64,000 nucleotides of DNA from Takakia lepidozioides (taxonomy: Eukaryota; Plantae; Bryophyta): positions 62,434,001 to 62,498,000 of the forward strand of contig CM060734.1 of the NCBI GenBank assembly GCA_030704615.1, in the 5' to 3' direction. The notes under the pieces were generated by a model, which was given only the letters and a program-made list of their open reading frames with translations, searched no databases and had not been told where the DNA came from. The translations under genes and the position numbers were made by a program. Of the stretch, positions 54,201-64,000 are shown one piece after another. Positions within the stretch are counted from its first letter, which is position 1; every line of letters begins with the position of its first letter.

Positions 54201-57200
54201 CCCCAAACATAAGGGCTGGTATGGTGGTATCACCCACCCTTATGATCCACACAGCCCCTGTTTCGCCGAAAGCCAGCTTGGCCTTCGTGGAAACAACCTC
54301 TAGACTCCAGATCAACCTCGAGACGAGTACTTATAACTCTGCAGAATGTCTTGCCAACAGCATTGAGGAGCGTGATGCCACGGTAGTTCCCCGGTTCTTC
54401 TCTGTCACCCTTCTTGTATAGATTGACAATGACCCCCTGTCGCCAGCGAAAGGGGATCATTTCAGTCTTCCAGATAAGGTTAAAGAGGAGAACTAGGGCC
54501 TCTATCATGGGATCGCCACTGTGCTTGATAAAGCTCGTTGACAATACCATCAGGTCCACCAGCTTTATATCCATTTAAATGTTCAATTGCTTCCACAATC
54601 TCAGAAGAACTAATGGGAGCATTATAAGCCATTGAAATATACTCCAGTTCATCAGGGCTGTTTTGAATCATAGGAACAGTTTTTCCAACTGTGTCCCTCC
54701 ATTCAGCAGAAGACCCCTCACTGTTAGACCTAGAAGTTCTGCCAAGGATACTGTAGTGAGTTTCAAAGGTTTTGACAATGTCAACCGATGAAGTCACCAC
54801 TGCACCTTCAGTAGTCTTCAGCGCTTGTACTTGCTGACCGTTTTTCGGCTTGTACAAACATTGAAGGGCCAACCAGAATTTCTTCTCATTACCACCATGG
54901 TGGTTTGAGTTTATTTCACTGTATAACTTGTCCCAGTATAATTTCTTCTGAGACCTAACAAGCTGATTGATATCTTTATCTCAGGGCGTTATAGAGTACC
55001 ATTTCATTTCATTGCTCTTCGTTTCTGCAACCTCAAGACTTGCTGGACTGTCCTAGTTACTCAGTGTACTGGTCTGGTTGTTCTTGATTGTTTGACAGTG
55101 TGATTGGTGGTGTGAGTGTTCTGGTCTTCCCTCCGAGCTTTTCTGATCGTAATAAGTTCCTTTGTTACGTTATATGTATGTCCACAGACATTAAAGTACC
55201 ATTTCATTTCATTTCTCTTTACCTTTCCCAGCCTTTTGGCTAAGATGAATTGTACTATCTGTTCAATATCTGATATGAGACTTGTTGAGTCCCATAAGCT
55301 CTTTGAGCTCCACAGACATTATAAAGTACCCATTCATTTCTCTCCAGCTCTTGGGCTCCTTGCCCAAACTGGGTGGGGGGTCTATGGCCACACGGCTACG
55401 GCAGACGTCTATGAGTACATTCTTGGCCTGCAGCTCAAAGGTTTGCTGACTTTCTTATAGCGAATGCAGGAGTGGGTGTGACCAGTGTTGGGGAGCTGGA
55501 GGCTTTGGTAGAGAATGCCCGCGTGGTCGGTGTGACATGTTTGGGGATAACACATCCCCTTTTTGCAAAACGCAAGTTTGATGTTTGCATCGTCGATGAG
55601 GCAGGCCAGATCACTCTACCTGTAAGCTTGTCATCCTTCATAGGGTTTAGGATGGGAATATCTTTTCCCCCGCATGTTGTCATGGTTGTGAAGAGAATCT
55701 ACTTTCCTTCTCCGATTATGACTGTGTTGGAGCTAACAATGTGATCTATGCTCTGAAGGTGTGCCTGGGACCACTGCGCTGTGCACACACTTTTGTACTG
55801 GTTGGAGACCACTACCAACTCCCTCCATTAGTGCGGGTATGGTTTCCTCTGAACTTCTGGCACCTCATAGAGAGAAATCCAAACAAGTTATGCATTCTTG
55901 GAAGGACAATGTTGTCCAATCCAATGTCTTCGATTTTTATTCCTTCTCTTTCTGTTCCCTGCAGCAGTGTACATGTTTTCCGGAAAAACACACATTGAAT
56001 ATCTGGAGGTCACAGTTGGAATTGGTAGCTCAGCTGTTGAAAAGGACTCTCCAGTTTGTCACTACCCTTACCGTGGGTGGCATATTCATTGAAGGAGAAA
56101 TTGTTAATTTATCGACTGTCAAATTCTGCTTACTACTGCTTACTGCTTCTGCTGACGTGTACATACTTTTACTATGTCTATATCTGAGGTTACTACTCCT
56201 GTGAGCTGTATGCTGGTGGCTTTTGGCTAAACCAAAGAAAATGGGTGCAGAATCCAGAGGCCAGAGAGAAAGGTATGACCGTGAGCCTGTTTAGGAGGCT
56301 CTCAGAAGCTCACCCACAGGCTGTCTCAGCTCTCCAATGCCAGGTCTGTGTGCATTGATGACCTCAACTCCAGTAGGCAGTCAGGTGGAAGAATTGTTCC
56401 CCCTGCCCTGTATGGGCGTATGTCTCCTCCTCGATGGACACAAAAGACCTACCCCATCCAGCTTCTGTCTGCGGGTGCCACATGGTTCTCACCAGTGTAT
56501 TCTATCACTTGGTAAAGTGGGAGAATGCAGCCTATTTGGGATTGGTAAACTCTGAAAGGTCCTGACCGAAAATGTCCTTTTAAACTACTGGGTTGGAGCA
56601 CATCCTGTGCTGCCACTGTTATGCCAAAATTTGCAACAGACTCTGGTTGGTGCCCACCCTAGTCATAGCTTTGGAGATCGGCAACCAAGTCTTGCTTCAT
56701 ACCAAAAGACAGAAATGAGACCTGTTTGATTGTTTGCAATTTATGGACCTGTACTAGTGTTGTCTGTTCAACCATGGAAAAACGCGAGGTCTCAACAACT
56801 CATAGGGTATTATGGTTTTAGTCTGTGGAACCTATCTCCCGGGTACAATAGGGCCTTTCTCAAAACAGGTATAGAAACAACTGGCATAGTTAGTTCTCAC
56901 TGTAATGATTGATGATTGGTGAGGTGGGAGTGGCTGCAGTACCGGATGTGTGCAGATATCATGGCTCTTTGTAATGCCCTTATTTATGGCAATCGCTTGC
57001 GCTGTGGCTCACCCCAAGTAGCTAATGCCGGGCTCAAGCTTGCCACCTCTCCATTACATGCACCCCCTTGGCTACTTCAGGTTGGTGGTCTCCTTCCAAT
57101 GCGTTGAAGAGCCCGAGTTGGTTGAGTTTCTCCATTTGAGATCGTCAGCAAATTCCTGTCTAAATTGGTGGAATTTAGTGTGTGGGTCCTTCTTTGAATC

Positions 57201-58978
57201 TGATAGGAACCACGGCATTCTTCACCCATGTTTTCCTCAAAAGCTTCAGGAGTAGAAACTTCAAGCCACCCTGCAATCCCTCCTGACAGACTCTTCTTTC
57301 AGTTGACAGCCTGTCTTACACAATTCCTAAAAGACCACATAAACATTATAAAGCTCTAGACATGATTCTTTTGGCTGGTGTTCTTTATGTTCCACTGCAG
57401 GTGTGTAGGATTGATGTAAACGCGAAAGGGAGAAGCCACAGCTGATGAAGTATGTGCTTATGTATGCAGGTCTTGGATCCTAGCAGGAAAGTGTTGTTTC
57501 TGGATACAGGTAAATGAACAGAGAACAAAAAGAGATTGTAGTTCACAAAGGTAACTGCGATGCCATACTGAAACAAAGAATCCATGTGTACTTTTGCAGA
57601 TGCGACTCCTGCCAAGGAGACAAGGATGCGCAAAGCTATCCACAATGCTCTGGAGGCCTCCCTTGTGCTTGAAGTAAGTATTAAAATCTTCCCCTCCCCT
57701 GTCTAGGTGCCGTCCTGTGAATACAGCCAGCGTAAAGGGTATGCAGACATAGCCTAATGAGCACCTCTCAATGGCATGTTCAGATTGTGACAGCACTGAT
57801 AGCAGGAGGTATGGGCATACATGAAGTGGGGGTTATCAGCCCTTACAATGCACAAGTGGACTTGATTCAGCGAGGCGCAGCAGAAGAGGGCCTCAATTCC
57901 GTAGAAGTACATACAGTTGACAAGTATCAGGTGCCATACTCAACCTGGTGTCCATTTTTCACTGTCCATCTGTTCAATCATTATATGGAGTAAAATATGC
58001 ATCAATCTGCTTTCCAGTCAGTCTTTTCGATTGATTTTTTGTCATGGCTGCCTTGGGGGGGCCAGTTGGAATTAACATGGAAATCGCCACTCCCGTTGTC
58101 TGTCCCGAATGTTGAAATGCCTGTTTGTCATCCCTAATCCCCCACTGTTCAAGAGCTTCCACATTGATGGTTGGGGGTGGCAAAGCAAGTTTCACTCTCT
58201 TCTTGGACGTGAACAAGTTGGCCACTCTTCCCTGATCGCTAGCAAATGCTGTGTCTGGTGATTCAGCTGATAGTGATAGAGCCAGTGTAATGAATTCCCT
58301 TATCTGGGGTAAAAGAAATTATTTTGATGATAGCAAGGGACGTTGCAGGGTCGAGACAAGGAGTGTATGCTGGTGTCCTTTGTTAGGTCCAACAGACAGC
58401 GGCAGCACTCAGGTTCCTTGCTAGGCGATTGGCATCGCATTAATGTTGCCATAACACGTGCCAAGGTAAAATGTAGTTCCTACTATACCATGTTTTGCTC
58501 ACTTCTGTTAATAGTACAGATACAGATAAGACACATGAGCAGACTCGACACTGGAGAGGTACAGATTGTGCAAGTTGACCCCTTTTAATTGTCATTCAGC
58601 ATCAGTTACTTCTTCCTGGTAGTCAAATACTACACTGAGTCTTGAACTTGTTGGGAACCACTGTGTGCAGAAAAAGTTGGTGATGATTGGCTCTCGGGGA
58701 ACTCTCTCGACAACTCCCTTGCTCGGTCTCCTTGTGAAGCAGGTGGGATTTATCTGAGAGACAACGTACTGTGTGCATTTGATGTAGAGGGTCATGGAGT
58801 CATCATGTCCTTGGACATCAATGTAACAGGGATGAATTTTTATGAAGTCATGGAGTGGAGAGTCAGTAATGGAAGAGGTTGGCTGCACTCACAGGTTGAA
58901 GGAGCAGGAGGGCTGTTGCAGTTGCCTCCAAATGCAGCCAACTCTCTTAGGAACTTGAAGGGCTGTTCTGGTCTATAA
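33237..58978 (+). CDS. DNA2: DNA replication ATP-dependent helicase/nuclease DNA2 (JHS1), about 30 exons
   Basis: N-terminus MPPLKK..HGIQHFF; [20 protein letters not shown]; Fe-S Cys (CPRR 38500-38610, [10 protein letters not shown] 45595-45651); RecB-type nuclease GMLDA..LEFKTG (42953-43108) and HRAQVILY; SF1 helicase GMPGTGKT (50645-50812), DEAGQ (55470-55621), [32 protein letters not shown]; last exon 58895-58978. Early exons near 33750-34170 are uncertain. Confidence 0.93.
35720..36190 (+). mobile_element. Degenerate LINE-B 3' fragment (DNA2 intron)
   Basis: [27 protein letters not shown] remnant ending in TATAAAGTACCATTT. Confidence 0.7.
38660..39420 (+). mobile_element. Cluster of LINE-B 3' ends with stem-loop and (ATTTC)n tails
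   Basis: At least three GTCCCATAAGCTC(TAT/TTT)GAGCTTTCC(G/A)CGGAC..TAAAG(C/T)ACC(ATTTC)n units. Confidence 0.85.
39945..40250 (+). mobile_element. Diverged LINE-A 3' fragment
   Basis: Aligns to ~44270-44580 (CACACACAGCAGATTGATGCTTGTGTGAAGGG..GGCCACAAGGC). Confidence 0.8.
41540..42930 (+). mobile_element. Head-to-tail LINE-B fragments (two long, two short 3' ends)
   Basis: [38 protein letters not shown] zinc-knuckle remnants and repeated stem-loop/(ATTTC)n termini. A short LINE-A end fragment is embedded at ~42432-42457. Confidence 0.85.
43397..44584 (+). mobile_element. 5'-truncated non-LTR retrotransposon LINE-A (young copy) in a DNA2 intron
   Basis: 16-bp TSD TCTATCATAGTTGATG at 43381-43396 and 44585-44600. 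The reading frame is open ([29 protein letters not shown] zinc knuckle) and stops 6 nt before the element end. There is no poly(A). Confidence 0.93.
45770..46345. mobile_element. Mosaic of LINE-B 3' ends (both strands) and a LINE-A 3' end
   Basis: GAAAT repeats plus GAAAGCTC (minus), GTCCCATAAGCTCTTTGAG (plus), a LINE-A terminus at ~45965-46068, and a LINE-B body at 46070-46210. Confidence 0.7.
49915..50600 (-). mobile_element. LINE-B 3' fragment, antisense to DNA2
   Basis: [36 protein letters not shown], with terminus AAAGCTCAAAGAGCTTATGGGACAA and GAAAT repeats. Confidence 0.85.
51860..52875 (+). mobile_element. LINE-B 3' fragments; the last is split by LINE-A and its tail resumes at 54979-55012
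   Basis: [32 protein letters not shown], with stem-loop/(ATTTC)n termini at ~52095-52152 and ~52435-52472. Confidence 0.8.
52876..54978 (-). mobile_element. 5'-truncated, internally deleted LINE-A copy with RT domain
   Basis: 17-bp TSD TCTCAGGGCGTTATAGA at 52859-52875 and 54979-54995. RT motifs [29 protein letters not shown] and YTYLG are present, but the central RT is deleted at ~54240. Near-identical to 43397-44584 where they overlap. Confidence 0.93.
55185..55422 (+). mobile_element. LINE-B 3' ends followed by a LINE-A 3' end
   Basis: GTCCCATAAGCTCTTTGAGCTC..TATAAAGTACC, then GCCCAAACTGGGTGGGGGTCTATGGCCACACGGCTACGGCAGACGTCTATGAGTACATTCT. Confidence 0.75.
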
Positions 58979-61586
58979 TCTTCTAGGGACAAGCAGACGA
59001 GCAACGCCCTACCAAAGACGCTTTACGAATGGCAAACCTGTCCCTAGCTTTCAATGTCTTGCAACACCTCAATGGGGACTAAACCCTGCAGTTTAAAGCA
59101 AATCACCGAGTACTTGATCGCAAGTGACATGTTTTGAATTACTCCTCAGGTTAGAAAACAGAACGCGCGCACCGGTTGAATGGCATCGTCCGCTTGACAG
59201 TGTCAGGCTCCTGTATCCTTAATATGAAACTCAAACATCGTCCGATCAAAGCTTTTGCAAATCAATCCTTGAAGTGTTGGAATGCCATGAGACCAACTGA
59301 AATTGAGATGGCCAGTCTCGACGAGTCCAACGATGGGGGGCCGCACTTGGGCTAGCTTGGTGGGGTCTGATGAGGGCGTTAGAGTCATCGGATTCCATCA
59401 CAACTTCAGGAGCATACCCACAACTTGGTTTGACCGCCCTGTTCTTCAAACAAAACACCCAATTGTTTCTCAACCAAAACGGTTCTATACTCCCCTACAA
59501 ATCACTGCGAAGGTGTATGAAGTGGATCCAGGTGAGGATATAAATGTCCGTTTTCCATTCCGACAGTGATCAATCTATTGTCCAAATTTTTTGAAAAATC
59601 AGGAGAATGTGACGAACATGATAAGGCGTCTTGTTGTTTTACAGTTGGGATGCCACCCAGACCCAAAAACAGAAGATATGAGACGGGGGGTACGTAAAAG
59701 GACCTGAAAAAGACGCGGTAACAGAGGCCAGAGTCGGGCCCAACAAAGAAAACAAGATCAAAAGTGTAATTATGCAAGGGAAAGTAGCAAGCGTGGAAGA
59801 AGATGCCCAGAGGCCAGATAAGCAAGGATGGGCAATATCCGCAAGGGAAAGACTGCCATACTGTTTAACCACGTAGAAATTAAGCTTAGAGTGGCGCCAA
59901 GGTTCAATGGGCAACTGTGCCTTGGACTCTCCTTTCCTAAAACTCATGCGATGTCTCCAATTAACAATAGGTTCTTCACCCTTAGCTGACGAGACGCGGG
60001 CGCTATGAGAGCTCCCTGCGAGCTCTCGCAAGGACGGAGTAGTGCCAATCAATTCTCGAGTCGGATGGTTGAGTGCAAATGAAGCCTTGTTTCCCCAAGT
60101 GCGTCAAGTTCAACTAGAAGTTTTATTTTTTTGTCGTGCGAATAGCTGAGCACAGAACACAAGCGTTCCAAGTTTCCAACAAAGCGTCTGACTGAACCCT
60201 ACTTATACAACAGCACTCTCATACAAGGGCATTTGCGGTGAAAAATGAAGGAGCAACAAGCTCTGCAAATACTCCACAATGTATGTGAATCTAGGGCTCT
60301 TGCCAGAAATCGAAGCTTTTGTCATCGTCGAATGTTGCCCGCTACTATCTTAATGGGTGATTCAGGTATGTTTGAAGGAACGATTAATCTTTTGTATTTG
60401 GTTCGATCCTTGCAAAGAGAGAGATGGGATTAAATACAGATCAGCACCTCGCTGTCTCTTCATCTAACTAGGGTCCTATCGCCTTTGTTTTTCGATCTAC
60501 TGTGCGCGTGAATGGTTGAGCACGGTGGCATTAGCTGGTGCACAGTAAGTTGGCAGCTCCTAGGCAGGCCTCCATCGCCCAATCTTTGTATCGATTGCTC
60601 TATATTTCATTCTCTGAATGTCCACCTTCCTGCTTACAAATCAGGCCCCTTAATGATAGTGGGAGGAGATTTAAACTTTCAAAATCACAGGCTCGCCAGA
60701 AGTTGAATCAATACTGTGGCAGCTTGATATAGTTAGTTAAAGTTCAGGGACAAGCACACACATCCACCAAAGCAAAACCCAATTTCATCACATCAATATG
60801 CAGGCTGCACTATTGTGTTTGTTCTGCATGGAGTGGCCCCCTATGTGGAAAAAATCAGCGATTGTCACAAATTGCTTGGAGCAACTTTCTGATTCAAATC
60901 CGAGAGTAGAGTCAAGGGTTGTAGCGATTTATAATTCCTCTGGGGAACCAACCATATGTAGAGTGTTCTTATTGGGTCACAAAAGAGAGGTGTCCAGATG
61001 GATTCAGAGCTATGTGCAGTGCTTGGACAAAATTCCACTGTGGACAGTAACTGCCATTAGAGCTAGAAATTAATCTAGAAGCGAATCTTACGATGGACTG
61101 GAACGTGTTCTACATGAAAATAAAAGAAAATCTTGTCTAGACTTTTGCACCGAAGCTTAAACTAAGCCTTCCGCTAACCAAGACCCTGGTCCCAATTCCG
61201 TCAAAGAAAATTGGATACTTATGACGTGCCCACGTGTGCTCCAGATCCTCTATCTCCCCACCGCTGCAAAGTCTTGGTGGCTCTCCCTTCCTCTAAAGCC
61301 CTCCCGGCTCTTCTGCTCCCTCACCAAGATCTCTGTCTTCCCCCATTATGCCCCGAGGTCGATTCGGTGACAACACCTCTCCCAATGTGCTCTTGTGATT
61401 CTAACCTTAACCGAGCTATGTGGGGAAGAGAAGAAGGGAAAGAAAGACAATGTGTTAAGCCTATGAGACTTCTACCCATGAGCCCGACTATTCTTGGTAT
61501 GATTACTCTGCTAAACCCTAAAGCCTCCCTCTTGCTATTGTGGTACTTGAACCTTCAATGCTAGCCATCAGATTTGCGGTCTGTAC

Positions 61587-62808
61587 CAGTGTTGTCCGGT
61601 TATAAGAATTTTCCATATCCGGCGGTTAAGGTTACTTCAATATTTTTGGGATGGACACACTCCATTGGTTATATATAAGGGTAAATTTTTTATTTTAGTA
61701 TATCCACCGGTTATCTATTTTACAAAATTCTTCAAATTTAGACGGTTATGAATAGGACGGTTAGGGTGTCCTAAAATTGGCGGATATATATGCCATTGGC
61801 GGTTACATATAATATATTGAATGGGGTATTTCTCAATTCACACATGACATCCCTAGGGGCTCCAGGGTGCAGCAGTTGTGTGTGCATGACGTCCTATAGC
61901 TGCGTCCACCAGCCTCTCATGCTGAAGCTTAGCTGCTTCTGCAGGCCAGTCTATGTAATTACTCCTACCTACTGTCTGTCCTAGTCGATAGACTTGAAAG
62001 TGCTCTCAAGTCCACTGGCTCCTTGGCCTGTCTACCACCCAGATACACTGAAGAGAGCCAGGGTTATAAGTTATAAGCCTGCCTGCCATGGTCTTTGCCA
62101 ACACCCTTTTACTAAGTTCCATTGATTTCAATTAGGATTGATAAATTTTTGACCAGGGATCAGCGATGCGGTGTTCTATCATAACCAATTCATCCACAAC
62201 TCGAGGTTGGTTTCCCTTCGATTTGTTCGAATTGTCTTCATGCCATCTACTACAAGTTTTCTCGGCCCTTCCACAAAAACTTGGACCTGCACAACAGGCA
62301 TCTTGAATGGAGAAAACCAAAGGGCCTGAAATCATCTCAATGGCAACCAGCAGCAAAAACTGATTGCTGCCCAAACCCAACTTCCACTTTGCTTGTTCAA
62401 CCAAAGCATGAAAAAAATCTGTCAAAAATTGCATAGATTGCAGCAGGGCCTACATGTTCACACAGTAGTCGTCGTCAATGTTCGCTTTGAAGGCCTTTGC
62501 TGACTTTGCTGAAATCTTTTCATGGACTGTATCGTACACATGCTCGCTCTAGTCATCCCCTGTCTTAGACCCCAAGGCGTCATTGATACCTCCCTGCAGC
62601 ACTTAACCTTCTCTAATCAACCCCTGTAAACAATGCCTCTCTTCAACCTGAACTCAACTGATTGAATGCAGGGACCTCCATATAAGATGCTAAAGATCAA
62701 CCAGACCTGTGTCAATAGCATTACCTATGCAATTGTGAGTGACCTAGTAGCAAATAGCTTGGTGATACAAGCATTTTTATATCCGGACAATGACAATGAC
62801 AAACCAAT
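61587..62808 (-). mobile_element. Second copy (3' end) of the Pack-hAT element
   Basis: Starts with TIR CAGTGTTGTCCGG and is near-identical to 10715-~11912, cargo included. It is preceded by GTCTGTAC; the other end is not in the window. Confidence 0.9.
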
Positions 62809-64000
62809 ACGCACATGGTCCTTCCAAGTTATGCCATCCCGACCCTCCAAGACCAAGACGCCTGAAGGCAAGACCTCTCGAACCCTCAAAATAACACGTC
62901 ATGCAGTCACATCCAAGGTCGTAGGAGCATAGTCACCAGGGTTGAATCTCCGAACCCCAGGACGATAGCCCCCACCACGTATGGTAGCATACCTCAAAGT
63001 ATCACGGTGTTGTGTGATGGCAAGGTTTTCGAAAGCCATGGGCATGACTTTCTTGAACAACTCTGCACGCTGCTCACATGCACGTGCCCACACGTCCGGA
63101 TCGTCAAGGTTAAGAACTACAGCAGCTTCTCTGCGAATGGATGCAGGCAAATCCGGCTCTCGGCCAAAGAGAAGAAAGTATGGTGAGAAGGAGGCAAGTG
63201 ATGCTTGCTTGCTGAACCTGTAGCCCATGGCTAACCAGGGTAACTGAAGGTCCCAATCTCCTAGGTGTCCCTTCTGCAAGCCATACTTGCGCAAACCCCT
63301 ATTTACTGTCTGAACAACTCTCTCTGCCAAGCCATCGGCCTCAGGATGATCCCGAGAAGTGGTGCAGTGGTCTATCAAGGCCTTGTCACACAAAGCCTGA
63401 AACTCCCCCAAGAACTCTCTCCCTTGGTCCGTGAATACCTCAGCTGGAGCACCGAATCGGCTAAGCACACAATCCAAGAATGCATACGCAGCTCCCTCAC
63501 TAGCCTTATCAGGCAATGGAACCAACTCAATCCACTTAGAGAAGTGCTCCACCATCACCAACACGTACTTGTTGTGACGCATGGTCAGTGACAATGGCCC
63601 TGTGAAGTCAAGATTCCATCTGTAGCCCAATCCCATGATCGGAAGAGGGTGCAATTGTGGAGTAGGGGCGTTGAATGAAGCACGCACCCTGTCACATACC
63701 ATGCACCTAGCCACAAATTGTTGCACCTCTGTGTGCATACCACGCCACCAATACTGCCCCTGTAGTAGACTATGAGTGCGTCGCACCCCAAAATGCCCCA
63801 ACTCCTCATGGGCATGCCGCACTAACCGTACCCGCTGTATTGGGTGAGGCACAATCCTCACTCGACCATCCTCCCACACTCGGAGCAGGTGTGTCCCCTC
63901 CGACTTGAACCTCTTGGCTCGTTGTAGGATCCGATCCCTCTCCTTGGCAGTCACAGTGGCTGCAGTGTCTCCAGTGCGGAGGTAGTCCAACACAACTGAA
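62809..64000 (-). mobile_element. Ty3/gypsy LTR-retrotransposon integrase fragment
   Basis: ORF 62899-63993 has an HHCC zinc finger (HEELGH..CMVC) and a DDE core (LDFTGP, TDQGREF, GLAERVV). Integrase-like sequence continues past a stop to 62809. No LTR is visible in the window. Confidence 0.9.

Overview
Eukaryotic nuclear DNA with GT-AG introns from a land plant, most likely a non-seed plant (bryophyte-like; inferred from the TE types and gene style). Genes in order: NFD6-like (+), an intronless IQD-family gene (-), F-box SKIP24-like (-), a frameshifted 20S proteasome alpha-5 gene (PAE, -), a DUF3326 gene (+), a second deleted PAE 5' fragment, and a ~30-exon DNA2/JHS1 nuclease-helicase (+, 33237-58978). 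Mobile elements: (1) a TTAA-flanked, CCC..GGG-ended piggyBac-type non-autonomous element; (2) a hAT element with 8-bp TSD whose transposase 3' half is replaced by captured host exons, including an LpxK-like exon (Pack-hAT), present twice; (3) two pogo-like elements; (4) a Ty3/gypsy integrase fragment; (5) two non-LTR retrotransposon families with CCHC C-termini. LINE-A is tail-less and its 3' junctions are followed by TCT. LINE-B has a 3' stem-loop plus an (ATTTC)n tail. Both fill the DNA2 introns. All calls come from reading the sequence; no database searches were run.
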